Below, piece by piece: positions 28,845-36,823 of a DNA stretch of 64,000 nt. Under the pieces are notes generated by a model that saw only the letters and a program-made list of their open reading frames with translations, was not told the origin of the DNA and ran no database searches. This DNA is from a virus (Duplodnaviria; Caudoviricetes). Positions within the stretch are counted from its first letter, which is position 1. Every line of letters starts with the position of its first letter. A program made the translations under genes and the position numbers. The DNA lies in the IMG/VR virus record IMGVR_UViG_3300035501_000527, positions 1,583-65,582 of that record, one strand, 5' to 3'.

Positions 28845-28979
28845 TATTTGAAAAAATATTACTTTTATTCAGGTAGTTGCAAATGCCTGGATAAAAGCAG
28901 CTTTTACAAAATTAAAAGAAAGGAAATTAACAAGTAACACCGGTTAAAATGATATGCATATCCTTGAGGATCAAGGAAT

Positions 28980-30533
28980 TTGAACAAAAATACAAATAAT
29001 AATAAAAGTAATAATTTAACGAAATTAAAAGTAATTGAACTGTGTAGTGGAATTGGCGCACAGATTAAAGGAATTAAAAATACGAATTTATTTGATTCAG
29101 AAGTTGTAGCAACAGCAGATTTAGATAAAGAAGTGGTAGTCAGTTATGCGGCAATTCATTGTGGTTTAACAAATGATTTGATTAACAGTTATGAAAATTA
29201 TCCATCTAAAGAACAGATGGTAGAAGAACTTACAAAGAAAAGACTCGGATATGATTTTAAAAACGATAAACCTTATGATTGGGAAAAATTAGCAAAGAAA
29301 AAAGATAAAACAAAAGGTGTTGAGAAGTATTGGTTAGCAGATAAACTATCACATAATCTTGGAGATATGATAAAAATTGAAGAATTACCAGATTGTGATT
29401 TTCTATCTTACTCCTGTCCTTGTACCGACATCAGCATTTCCGGTAAACAAGAAGGACTAAAATGGACTTGTCAGGATTGTGGTCACGAATATGATCCGTC
29501 TACATTAGATGTAGAAACAAGATATACTTGCCCAAATTGCGGAAGTAATAATATAAAGTCAACTCGTTCAGGATTATTATATGAGGTTGAACGTTTGCTT
29601 GTAAAAGCAAAAGAGAATGGTAATCTGCCTAAATATTTACTTATGGAAAATGTTGACGCTTTAGTTTCAAAGAAATACATAGAGAGTTTTAATGATTGGA
29701 TTGAGAGATTAAGTAATCTTGGATATGATTCATATTATCAAACAATCAATGCGAAAAATACAGGTATTCCCCAAAATCGTAATAGGATCTTTTGCATATC
29801 AATTCTAAAAGATATTGATTCAAAACAGTTTGAATTTCCACACCCATTTGATACAGGCATTCGATTAAAGGATATGTTGGAAGATGATGAGGAAGTTTTA
29901 GACAAATATTTCCTATCGGATGAAGTACAAAGAAGGTTACAAATCACTGATGAAAAGTTTGAAAAGAATGTAGTTGGCACAACGCTTGGTAAAGAAAATC
30001 ATAGAATTGGAACGAGAGATCTTGTTTATTGGAAAGAAGGAATAATTGGTTGTCTTACATCAACAGACTATAAACAGCCACATCAGATATTAGAAAATCC
30101 TAATGAAATAAAAAAGATTGATAATAAGATTTCAGCTAATGAGCCAATACATATTGCTGATTTGAATAGCGAGAAATATCAAAGAATGCATGAGATTTCA
30201 AGAAGAGTATATAGTGAGGATGGTATTGCTCCTGCTATGCACACTTGTAATGGTGGCAACACAGAGCCAAAGATTGAAAAAGATAATCTAAGGATTGTTA
30301 GGAAGCTTACACCAAAAGAGGCTCATAGGCTTATGGGATTTGATGATATTGATTATGAGAATTGTAAAGCAGTTGGAATGTCTGATACTCAAGGATATAA
30401 ACAAGCGGGTAATTCGATTGTCACAAATTGCATATCTCTATTAATTGAACATTTATATAAAGCTCAGTATGACAATACATATATTTGTACAGATGAAAAG
30501 ATGGTAAATTTTCAGATTCCACAAGCGGAGTAG
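28980..30533 (+). CDS. C5-cytosine DNA methyltransferase with Zn-ribbon insertion
   Basis: ELCSGIG (I), SCPC (IV), MENV (VI), QNRNR (VIII), RKLTPKE (IX), QAGNSI (X). Confidence 0.92.
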   Translation: MNKNTNNNKSNNLTKLKVIELCSGIGAQIKGIKNTNLFDSEVVATADLDKEVVVSYAAIHCGLTNDLINSYENYPSKEQMVEELTKKRLGYDFKNDKPYDWEKLAKKKDKTKGVEKYWLADKLSHNLGDMIKIEELPDCDFLSYSCPCTDISISGKQEGLKWTCQDCGHEYDPSTLDVETRYTCPNCGSNNIKSTRSGLLYEVERLLVKAKENGNLPKYLLMENVDALVSKKYIESFNDWIERLSNLGYDSYYQTINAKNTGIPQNRNRIFCISILKDIDSKQFEFPHPFDTGIRLKDMLEDDEEVLDKYFLSDEVQRRLQITDEKFEKNVVGTTLGKENHRIGTRDLVYWKEGIIGCLTSTDYKQPHQILENPNEIKKIDNKISANEPIHIADLNSEKYQRMHEISRRVYSEDGIAPAMHTCNGGNTEPKIEKDNLRIVRKLTPKEAHRLMGFDDIDYENCKAVGMSDTQGYKQAGNSIVTNCISLLIEHLYKAQYDNTYICTDEKMVNFQIPQAE

Positions 30534-30551
30534 ATAATTCTGCTTGTGGGA
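30506..30551 (+). promoter_or_regulatory. Candidate -1 programmed ribosomal frameshift signal
   Basis: A_AAT_TTT heptamer in MTase frame, 6-nt spacer, 12-bp stem 30519-30530/30538-30549; -1 frame open into ORF 30560. Confidence 0.7.
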
Positions 30552-30559
30552 TAGTTAGA

Positions 30560-30994
30560 ATGGGAAATGTGTCAACAGGCAATTCACAAGCTGGCATGGT
30601 TTATGGAATAAATGGGTTGTTTCCTGCTGTATGTGCTGGCACTCATGGTTATGCAAATGGAAACATTTATGATGATAGAAATAATATTGAATTACCAGCG
30701 GTATTAAAATACCAAAGAACAGAGTACGCTAAGAAAATACGTAAGGATTATGAAGCGGGTAGAATCAAGGAACGTAGATGTAATATGCGTGAATGCACTC
30801 TGAGAGATGATGGATTGTGTAATACTATCACGACAGTGCAGAAAGATAATTACATTGTTGTCGGTGCTGCTATGAGAGGACGTTATAACTCTGATGGAAA
30901 AATTGAACAACAGATAGAAGTCAGGGATGATGAAGTGTCTAATGCAATTACGACAGCACAGAAAGATTCATTGGTGGTCAAATATGAAGAATGA
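30560..30994 (+). CDS. Protein made of MTase target-recognition-like modules
   Basis: VYGINGLFPAV, NTITTVQKD, NAITTAQKD resemble the MTase variable-region modules. Confidence 0.7.
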   Translation: MGNVSTGNSQAGMVYGINGLFPAVCAGTHGYANGNIYDDRNNIELPAVLKYQRTEYAKKIRKDYEAGRIKERRCNMRECTLRDDGLCNTITTVQKDNYIVVGAAMRGRYNSDGKIEQQIEVRDDEVSNAITTAQKDSLVVKYEE

Positions 30995-31177
30995 TAAAGA
31001 AACATATGTAGAAAGAAAGTATAGAGAGTTCTATGAGAAGAATGGTTATATCCCAAAATATTTTGTCCCATATAACTGCTTGGAAGTATCTGATTATGCC
31101 CTACATTGACAACAGAATCAAATACAAGCTTTGGAAAATCCGGTACTGTACTAATTGTTGTGAATAACGATAAATAA
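30984..31177 (+). pseudogene. Further TRD-like module ORF, frameshifted at CCC 31099-31101
   Basis: Adding one C gives DYAPTLTTESNTSFGKSGTVLI, ending TAA 31175-31177. Confidence 0.55.
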
Positions 31178-31180
31178 AAT

Positions 31181-31258
31181 ACTATATATAGTGGTTGTAA
31201 TGTTACAATACCACTATATATAGAAATATTTTGGGAATAAAACTTCAATTCTATTCGG
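31181..31258 (+). repeat. Composite site A
   Basis: ACTATATATAGT-N20-ACTATATATAGA-N12-ATAAAA-N6-TTCTAT. Confidence 0.8.
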
Positions 31259-31281
31259 AAAAATGTGAAAGGAATTTTTGT

Positions 31282-31560
31282 ATGAAGATATGTAAATGTG
31301 ACTATTGTGGTGAACTATGTGAATCAACACCACAATATGTATTACCATCAGTAGAATTTGTAGATACAGACATCAAAGGTGGAAGTGATAATGTAACCTT
31401 ATCAAAATATACAAGCAGAGTAATTCAGGATGAGCAAGTTGATATATGCCATAAGTGTAGAGAAATTATAGCTGAATTTACAAATTTGATGAAGTTTTGT
31501 GATGTAAATGTTCAAGCTATTAAAGAAGACTTGTTTAAAAAATGCACAAGAGTGGTATGA
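31282..31560 (+). CDS. Hypothetical Zn-finger-like protein
   Basis: GAAAGGA RBS favours ATG 31282; CDYC...CHKC. Confidence 0.7.
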   Translation: MKICKCDYCGELCESTPQYVLPSVEFVDTDIKGGSDNVTLSKYTSRVIQDEQVDICHKCREIIAEFTNLMKFCDVNVQAIKEDLFKKCTRVV

Positions 31561-31721
31561 GTAGCTTGAAGAAAGTAGATATTGTAAGAAAAGAGAAAAA
31601 TGAATTAGAGAAACATAACACGATATGATATGAAATTTTTATAAGGGATTTTTTAGAGAACATATAAGAAAGGATAATTAGTAGCTGGCTTTAAAGGTTG
31701 CAACCGCTTTGGTACTAATTA

Positions 31722-32828
31722 TTGAAAATTGCAATTATTGATGCAGATTTAATAGGAAGAAATAAGCATAGATTTCCTAATCTCGTTTCTATGAAATTAT
31801 CAGGATACTACAAAGAGTTAGGAAGTGATGTTGAATTAAAAACAGATTATGAGAATCTATCAGATTATGACAAAGTATTCATATCTAAAGTATTCACAGA
31901 CACACCAATAGACGAAACCATATTAAATCTTCCAAACGTAGAATATGGTGGTACAGGTTTCTTTTATGATAAAGCACCAAAATTACCAGATGAAGTAGAA
32001 CATCATATGCCGGATTATCACCTATATGATGATTGGGTAAATGATAAGTTAGCGAATGGTAGTAAGAAGAATGATTTTAAATATTACACGGATTATTCGA
32101 TTGGGTTACTGAGTAGAGGATGCTTCCGTCAGTGTCAGTTTTGTGTAAACAGGAATTATAAAAGAGTTTCAGTACATAGTCCATTAGACGAATTTGTTGA
32201 TAAATCAAGAAAGAAAATATGCTTATTAGATGATAATTTCTTAGGTTGCCCTAATTGGAAAGAAATGTTGCTTGAATTGCAAGCCACTGGCAAACCATTT
32301 CAATTTAAGCAAGGGCTTGATGAGCGTATATTAACAGATGAAAAATGTGAGTTGTTATTTAAGAGTAAGTATGATGGTGATTATATCTTCGCATTTGATA
32401 ATATTGCCGATTATGACCTGATTGAAAAGAAGTTACAGTTACTAAGAAAGTATACAGATAAAGTTCCTAAATTTTATGTCTTTTGTGGTTTTGATAGAGA
32501 AGATAAATGGGATAGTGATTTTTGGAAACAAGATTTATGGGATTTATGGAAACGCATCGAATTGCTTATGAAATATCATTGTTTACCATACATAATGAGG
32601 TTTGCAAAGTATGAAGAATCTCCATATAGAGGAACTTATATCAATTTGGCTGCGTGGTGTAACCAACCATCTGCTTTTAAGAAAAAGTCATATAGAGAGT
32701 TTGTGAAATATCAGCAATCAAGACATCCCAAAGAATGTTCAGAAACAAGATATTTGAAACAAATTGAACAGGATATGCCTGATTTAGCAGAAAAATATTT
32801 TGATATGAAGTTTATGGATTTTAATTAA
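31722..32828 (+). CDS. Radical SAM-domain protein
   Basis: RGCFRQCQFC (CX3CX2C), LDDNF motif. Confidence 0.8.
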   Translation: MKIAIIDADLIGRNKHRFPNLVSMKLSGYYKELGSDVELKTDYENLSDYDKVFISKVFTDTPIDETILNLPNVEYGGTGFFYDKAPKLPDEVEHHMPDYHLYDDWVNDKLANGSKKNDFKYYTDYSIGLLSRGCFRQCQFCVNRNYKRVSVHSPLDEFVDKSRKKICLLDDNFLGCPNWKEMLLELQATGKPFQFKQGLDERILTDEKCELLFKSKYDGDYIFAFDNIADYDLIEKKLQLLRKYTDKVPKFYVFCGFDREDKWDSDFWKQDLWDLWKRIELLMKYHCLPYIMRFAKYEESPYRGTYINLAAWCNQPSAFKKKSYREFVKYQQSRHPKECSETRYLKQIEQDMPDLAEKYFDMKFMDFN

Positions 32829-32847
32829 AATAAAAGAGAGGGATATT

Positions 32848-33087
32848 ATGAAATTCATTTTAAACGGTTGCGATATATCTTTCACAGCAGAAGCACCTGA
32901 AGATATTACATTAAAACAGTTATTAGCACAATGCGACAAAATTAAACCGGATTATTGTGCTTGTGGAATCTGTTCTTATGAAAAAGAAGGATTTAGAGAA
33001 GATGTAGAACCGGAAATTATTATTGGATATGACAGTATTAGGAAAGCTAGTGACGATGTAAGTTGTAAAATTATTGGAGAAGAATAA
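32848..33087 (+). CDS. Hypothetical protein
   Basis: ORF track. Confidence 0.7.
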   Translation: MKFILNGCDISFTAEAPEDITLKQLLAQCDKIKPDYCACGICSYEKEGFREDVEPEIIIGYDSIRKASDDVSCKIIGEE

Positions 33088-33124
33088 TTTAGTAAACAAT
33101 AAATTAAGAAAGAGGTTGTAAAAG

Positions 33125-34192
33125 ATGATTAGAAAAGTTGATAAGAAAAACAAATTTATATCCGTATTCAATCCAGATACAGGATTTTATGTGAGAACTG
33201 GAGTTATTAAAGATGGTAAAGATACCGGCGAAGATCCTTTTATGACTTCATTTCCTGAATTACTCGATGTGGGAATTATGCAAACATGTGTATGTAGTCA
33301 TAAATGTAATGTTGATTGCTACCAGAAAGCAATTGATAGAACTGGAAATAATATGTCTGTAAAAGATTTTAAAAGTATCTTGGAACAAGGTAAGGGTAAA
33401 TTATTTCAGGTAGCTCTTGGTGGAGCTGGTGATGTAGATACACATGAAAATTTTGAAGATATTGTAAGACTTTGCAGAGAATATAATATTGTTCCAAACT
33501 TTACAACAAGTGGAATCATGATGACAAAAGAAAAAGCTGAGATATGCAAGAAGTATTGCGGTGCAGTTGCGGTGTCAGAACATTTTGCTGATTATACGGA
33601 TAAGGCTTTAGATTTACTTTTAAATGCGGGTGTTAAGACTAATATTCACTATGTATTAAGTAATAAAAGCATTGATACTGCTATTGATAGATTGAAAAAC
33701 AATAGCTTTAAAAGAGGGATTAATGCAGTTGTTTTTCTTCTGTATAAACCTGTAGGACTTGGTATTGAAGAAAATATGTTGAAAGCGAATGATCCGAGAG
33801 TAAAAGAATTCTTTAGTTTGATTGATAAAGGAAATTATCATCACAAAATTGGATTTGATAGCTGCTCTTGTTCAGGAATAGTTAATTATGCAAGTAATAT
33901 AAATCTTGACACTCTTGATTTCTGTGAAGGAGCAAGATATTCAGCTTACATTGATGCAAATATGAATATGATGCCTTGTTCTTTTGCTAATCAGGATAGT
34001 AACTGGTTTGTTAGTTTAAGAGAACATACAATCAAGGAAGCGTGGGATAGTGATATTTTTGAAAAATTTAGATATTCGTTAAGAAATTCATGTAATGGAT
34101 GCATCAATAGATTAAACTGTGCTGGTGGGTGTCCACTTGTTAATCAGATTACATTGTGTAATAGGAAAGAAAGAGACTTTAAGACAAGATAA
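33125..34192 (+). CDS. Radical SAM protein with SPASM domain
   Basis: CSHKCNVDC cluster, ALGGAG, TTSG, MPCSF, CNGC-X5-CAGGC. Confidence 0.85.
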   Translation: MIRKVDKKNKFISVFNPDTGFYVRTGVIKDGKDTGEDPFMTSFPELLDVGIMQTCVCSHKCNVDCYQKAIDRTGNNMSVKDFKSILEQGKGKLFQVALGGAGDVDTHENFEDIVRLCREYNIVPNFTTSGIMMTKEKAEICKKYCGAVAVSEHFADYTDKALDLLLNAGVKTNIHYVLSNKSIDTAIDRLKNNSFKRGINAVVFLLYKPVGLGIEENMLKANDPRVKEFFSLIDKGNYHHKIGFDSCSCSGIVNYASNINLDTLDFCEGARYSAYIDANMNMMPCSFANQDSNWFVSLREHTIKEAWDSDIFEKFRYSLRNSCNGCINRLNCAGGCPLVNQITLCNRKERDFKTR

Positions 34193-34194
34193 GC

Positions 34195-34596
34195 GTGGTG
34201 AGAATTACGAAGATTAGATTTGATTTTGTGACTAATTCATCAAGTAGTAGTTTTATTATTGAAAAAGACCAATTATCATACGGACAATTGTTAAAATATT
34301 TATTACAGATTGCAAATAAAGAAGCATCTTATTGGGACGATGAATCCGATGATAAAACATATAAATGGAAAGACGTAGAAAAGAATTGTGTTGCTGGTAG
34401 ATATAACATTATTGAAGCAACGCCGGAAAATCCGCATACAGAATATGATGAATTTGGATATGGGGATTCAGAGGAAAAGATTTATACAAATCATTATATT
34501 ATAGACAATGGAAGTTGTGGAAGATACGATTGGGATGTTGTTAGAGAAGTATTAGATAAGCATGGTATTAAATGGAGTTATGGGTATTGCGATTAA
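34195..34596 (+). CDS. TNSSSSS-motif protein 1
   Basis: KIRFDFVTNSSSSSF near N-terminus. Confidence 0.8.
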   Translation: MVRITKIRFDFVTNSSSSSFIIEKDQLSYGQLLKYLLQIANKEASYWDDESDDKTYKWKDVEKNCVAGRYNIIEATPENPHTEYDEFGYGDSEEKIYTNHYIIDNGSCGRYDWDVVREVLDKHGIKWSYGYCD

Positions 34597-34608
34597 GGAG
34601 GATATGTA

Positions 34609-35385
34609 GTGAAGATTCGGAATGATTACGTTACTAATAGTTCAAGTAGCAGCTTTATTATCGGTAAGAAGGATTCTGAATCAGTTACAATTGATTCGGT
34701 TTTCCAGACAATAAAAACATTCTATAAAGAGTACCTAGATGCAAGAAACGCTGTTATCCAATATATTAAAGACAATCCTAAACTTGGTTTGGTTTATCAG
34801 TTATCAGAAGATGGAGCATATTATCATTTTAAATTTATTAATGGTAACAGGTTTGATAATAAGAATACAGCAATAGAGCGATCTATTGAAAGAGATTTTG
34901 GTATTTCTACATGGGATTATTTTTATAAAGATTATGATTGGTTAGAATGCGATACATATAACGATTATGAAAATTATTGGATTGCTAAAATGAATAATGC
35001 TAATAATAAGTGGATTCATGCGCCGTTTACCATAGCAGATTTTCTCGAAGAAAAAGAAATTAGATGGTTACATTGGGGATGTAATGAAAAAGGCATTCAT
35101 AAAGTCAACAGTAAATCTAATACTCTTGGTTGGTATTACAAATATGTAGAAGAAGCATTTGAAAATATGGAATCATGTGATAAGTGTAATTATTCAGATT
35201 GGTGTGACAGAGAAGAATGTGAACAACAAAAGATTTTTCTAAAAGGACAAGATATACCAGAAGATAAAGCATGTTTGTGGTTATTAGGAAGAGTTTGTAT
35301 TCATTCAGAATGCGGATATATTCCTGATTATGTAGTAACGAGATTAGCGAATATATCAGAATATTCGTGCAATCATATGGGATAA
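34609..35385 (+). CDS. TNSSSSS-motif protein 2
   Basis: MKIRNDYVTNSSSSSF. Confidence 0.85.
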   Translation: MKIRNDYVTNSSSSSFIIGKKDSESVTIDSVFQTIKTFYKEYLDARNAVIQYIKDNPKLGLVYQLSEDGAYYHFKFINGNRFDNKNTAIERSIERDFGISTWDYFYKDYDWLECDTYNDYENYWIAKMNNANNKWIHAPFTIADFLEEKEIRWLHWGCNEKGIHKVNSKSNTLGWYYKYVEEAFENMESCDKCNYSDWCDREECEQQKIFLKGQDIPEDKACLWLLGRVCIHSECGYIPDYVVTRLANISEYSCNHMG

Positions 35386-35402
35386 AGAAAGGATGAATTA
35401 TC

Positions 35403-35834
35403 GTGAAAATTAGAAGCGACTACGTGACAAATTCAAGCAGCAGTAGTTTTGTTATTGCTTATAGAAATCTTCCAGAATTTGACGAAGATACACTGACCAA
35501 ATATCCATTTTTGAAAAATTACGGAGAACTAATAGAGAAAGTATTATTTACAGAAGGTGATAATGAAACCGATGAGGGTATCGTATCAAGAACAAAAGAA
35601 GAGTATGATAAGAACTTTATTTCTGTATATGGGTGGAAAGATAATCAATCTGTAGAAGATATTTTAGAAGATGATGATTGGCTCACGAATACATATAACA
35701 AATCTATTGAATATATTGAAAAAGGATTCAATATTTTAGATAAGAGAGTGGATTATAACGATACATATTGCTCAAATATGATTCGTGAATTAGCAAAAGA
35801 TAAAGATAATTTTGTAATATTGGAGGATGAATAA
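35403..35834 (+). CDS. TNSSSSS-motif protein 3
   Basis: MKIRSDYVTNSSSSSF. Confidence 0.85.
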   Translation: MKIRSDYVTNSSSSSFVIAYRNLPEFDEDTLTKYPFLKNYGELIEKVLFTEGDNETDEGIVSRTKEEYDKNFISVYGWKDNQSVEDILEDDDWLTNTYNKSIEYIEKGFNILDKRVDYNDTYCSNMIRELAKDKDNFVILEDE

Positions 35835-36428
35835 TTGAAGATAAGAACTGATTTTGTCACGAATAGTAGTAGCTCTAGTTTTGTATGTGAAATCTGTGGA
35901 CGAACTGAAAGCGGATTTGATGCTAGTTTAAGTGATTTCGATATGATGGAATGTATTAATGGTCATACATTTTGTTGTGATGAAGCGTTAGAAAGACCAT
36001 CAAAAAAAGAACTTATTAAAATGATTTTAGAAAACGAATGGAATAAAGATGCATGGGATTCTAAAACAAAGTATAGAAGAGATTTTTCGGAAGAAGAATT
36101 ACTTGTTATGGAAGAAGATGTTTTGTTTGACAAGTTCTGTTCTGAATGTGGATATTATGAAGTTCCTGAATGCGTTTGCCCTATCTGCCAGTTTATTGAA
36201 TATTCCGAATATGACCTTAGTGCTTATTTGTTAAAAGAGTATGGGGTATCAAGAGATGAAGTTTTCGCAGAAGTGAAAAAGCTTAATAAGAGAAGAAGAA
36301 AGTTGTATGAGAATGAATATATTACATATGTTTGTAAGAAATTTGACTTAAATCCAACTGAAATTGTTGCAGCTTGGAAAGAAAAGTTTGGTACATACAA
36401 TAAATTTAGAGAGTGGTTGGAAAATTAG
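35835..36428 (+). CDS. TNSSSSS-motif protein 4 with Zn-finger-like Cys clusters
   Basis: MKIRTDFVTNSSSSSFVCEIC; CPIC. Confidence 0.85.
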   Translation: MKIRTDFVTNSSSSSFVCEICGRTESGFDASLSDFDMMECINGHTFCCDEALERPSKKELIKMILENEWNKDAWDSKTKYRRDFSEEELLVMEEDVLFDKFCSECGYYEVPECVCPICQFIEYSEYDLSAYLLKEYGVSRDEVFAEVKKLNKRRRKLYENEYITYVCKKFDLNPTEIVAAWKEKFGTYNKFREWLEN

Positions 36429-36439
36429 AAAAGAGACAT

Positions 36440-36516
36440 ACTGTATATAGTGCTTTACAAATGTTAAAACACTATATATAGATTTAAAATCCAGATAAAA
36501 TTTTTGTTTTATTTGG
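36440..36516 (+). repeat. Composite site B
   Basis: ACTGTATATAGT-N19-ACTATATATAGA-N12-ATAAAA-N6-TTTTAT. Confidence 0.8.
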
Positions 36517-36529
36517 AAAGTTACGATGA

Positions 36530-36712
36530 TTAAAAATTTAATTCTATTCCATCAGAAATAGATAATTTATAAAATTTATGTATATTGCCTTGCTTGTCAA
36601 AACCTTTAATAATCAGTCTATCTAGCCAAAAATAACCTTCTTTAAGGTTTGACAAAGTATTACCACTTGTATCTCTCATAAACTGGATACATTCATTAAA
36701 AATTGGATTCAC
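36530..36712 (-). CDS. Inverted 5' end (59 codons) of the PAPS-reductase-like gene
   Basis: GTG start with AGAAAGG leader; joins 36818 onward in frame when the segment is re-inverted. Confidence 0.75.
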   Translation of the reverse strand: MNPIFNECIQFMRDTSGNTLSNLKEGYFWLDRLIIKGFDKQGNIHKFYKLSISDGIELNF

Positions 36713-36817
36713 TCACAACCTGAGTGTAATGTACATTACGATTTAACTAGTATTATCCTTACCTTTCTTTACTTTTTGTCGTTTGCAAACTTTAAAAATT
36801 CTTGAATAGAATTAAAT
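36536..36817. other. Inverted (possibly invertible) DNA segment bounded by 14-bp inverted repeats
   Basis: ATTTAATTCTATTC 36536-36549 and GAATAGAATTAAAT 36804-36817. Confidence 0.8.
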
Positions 36818-36823
36818 ATTGAT

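Larger units (their letters stand above)
27345..28850 (+). mobile_element. Non-autonomous IS200/IS605-superfamily IscB element
   Basis: omegaRNA plus iscB; no tnpA in window; ends approximate. Confidence 0.75.
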
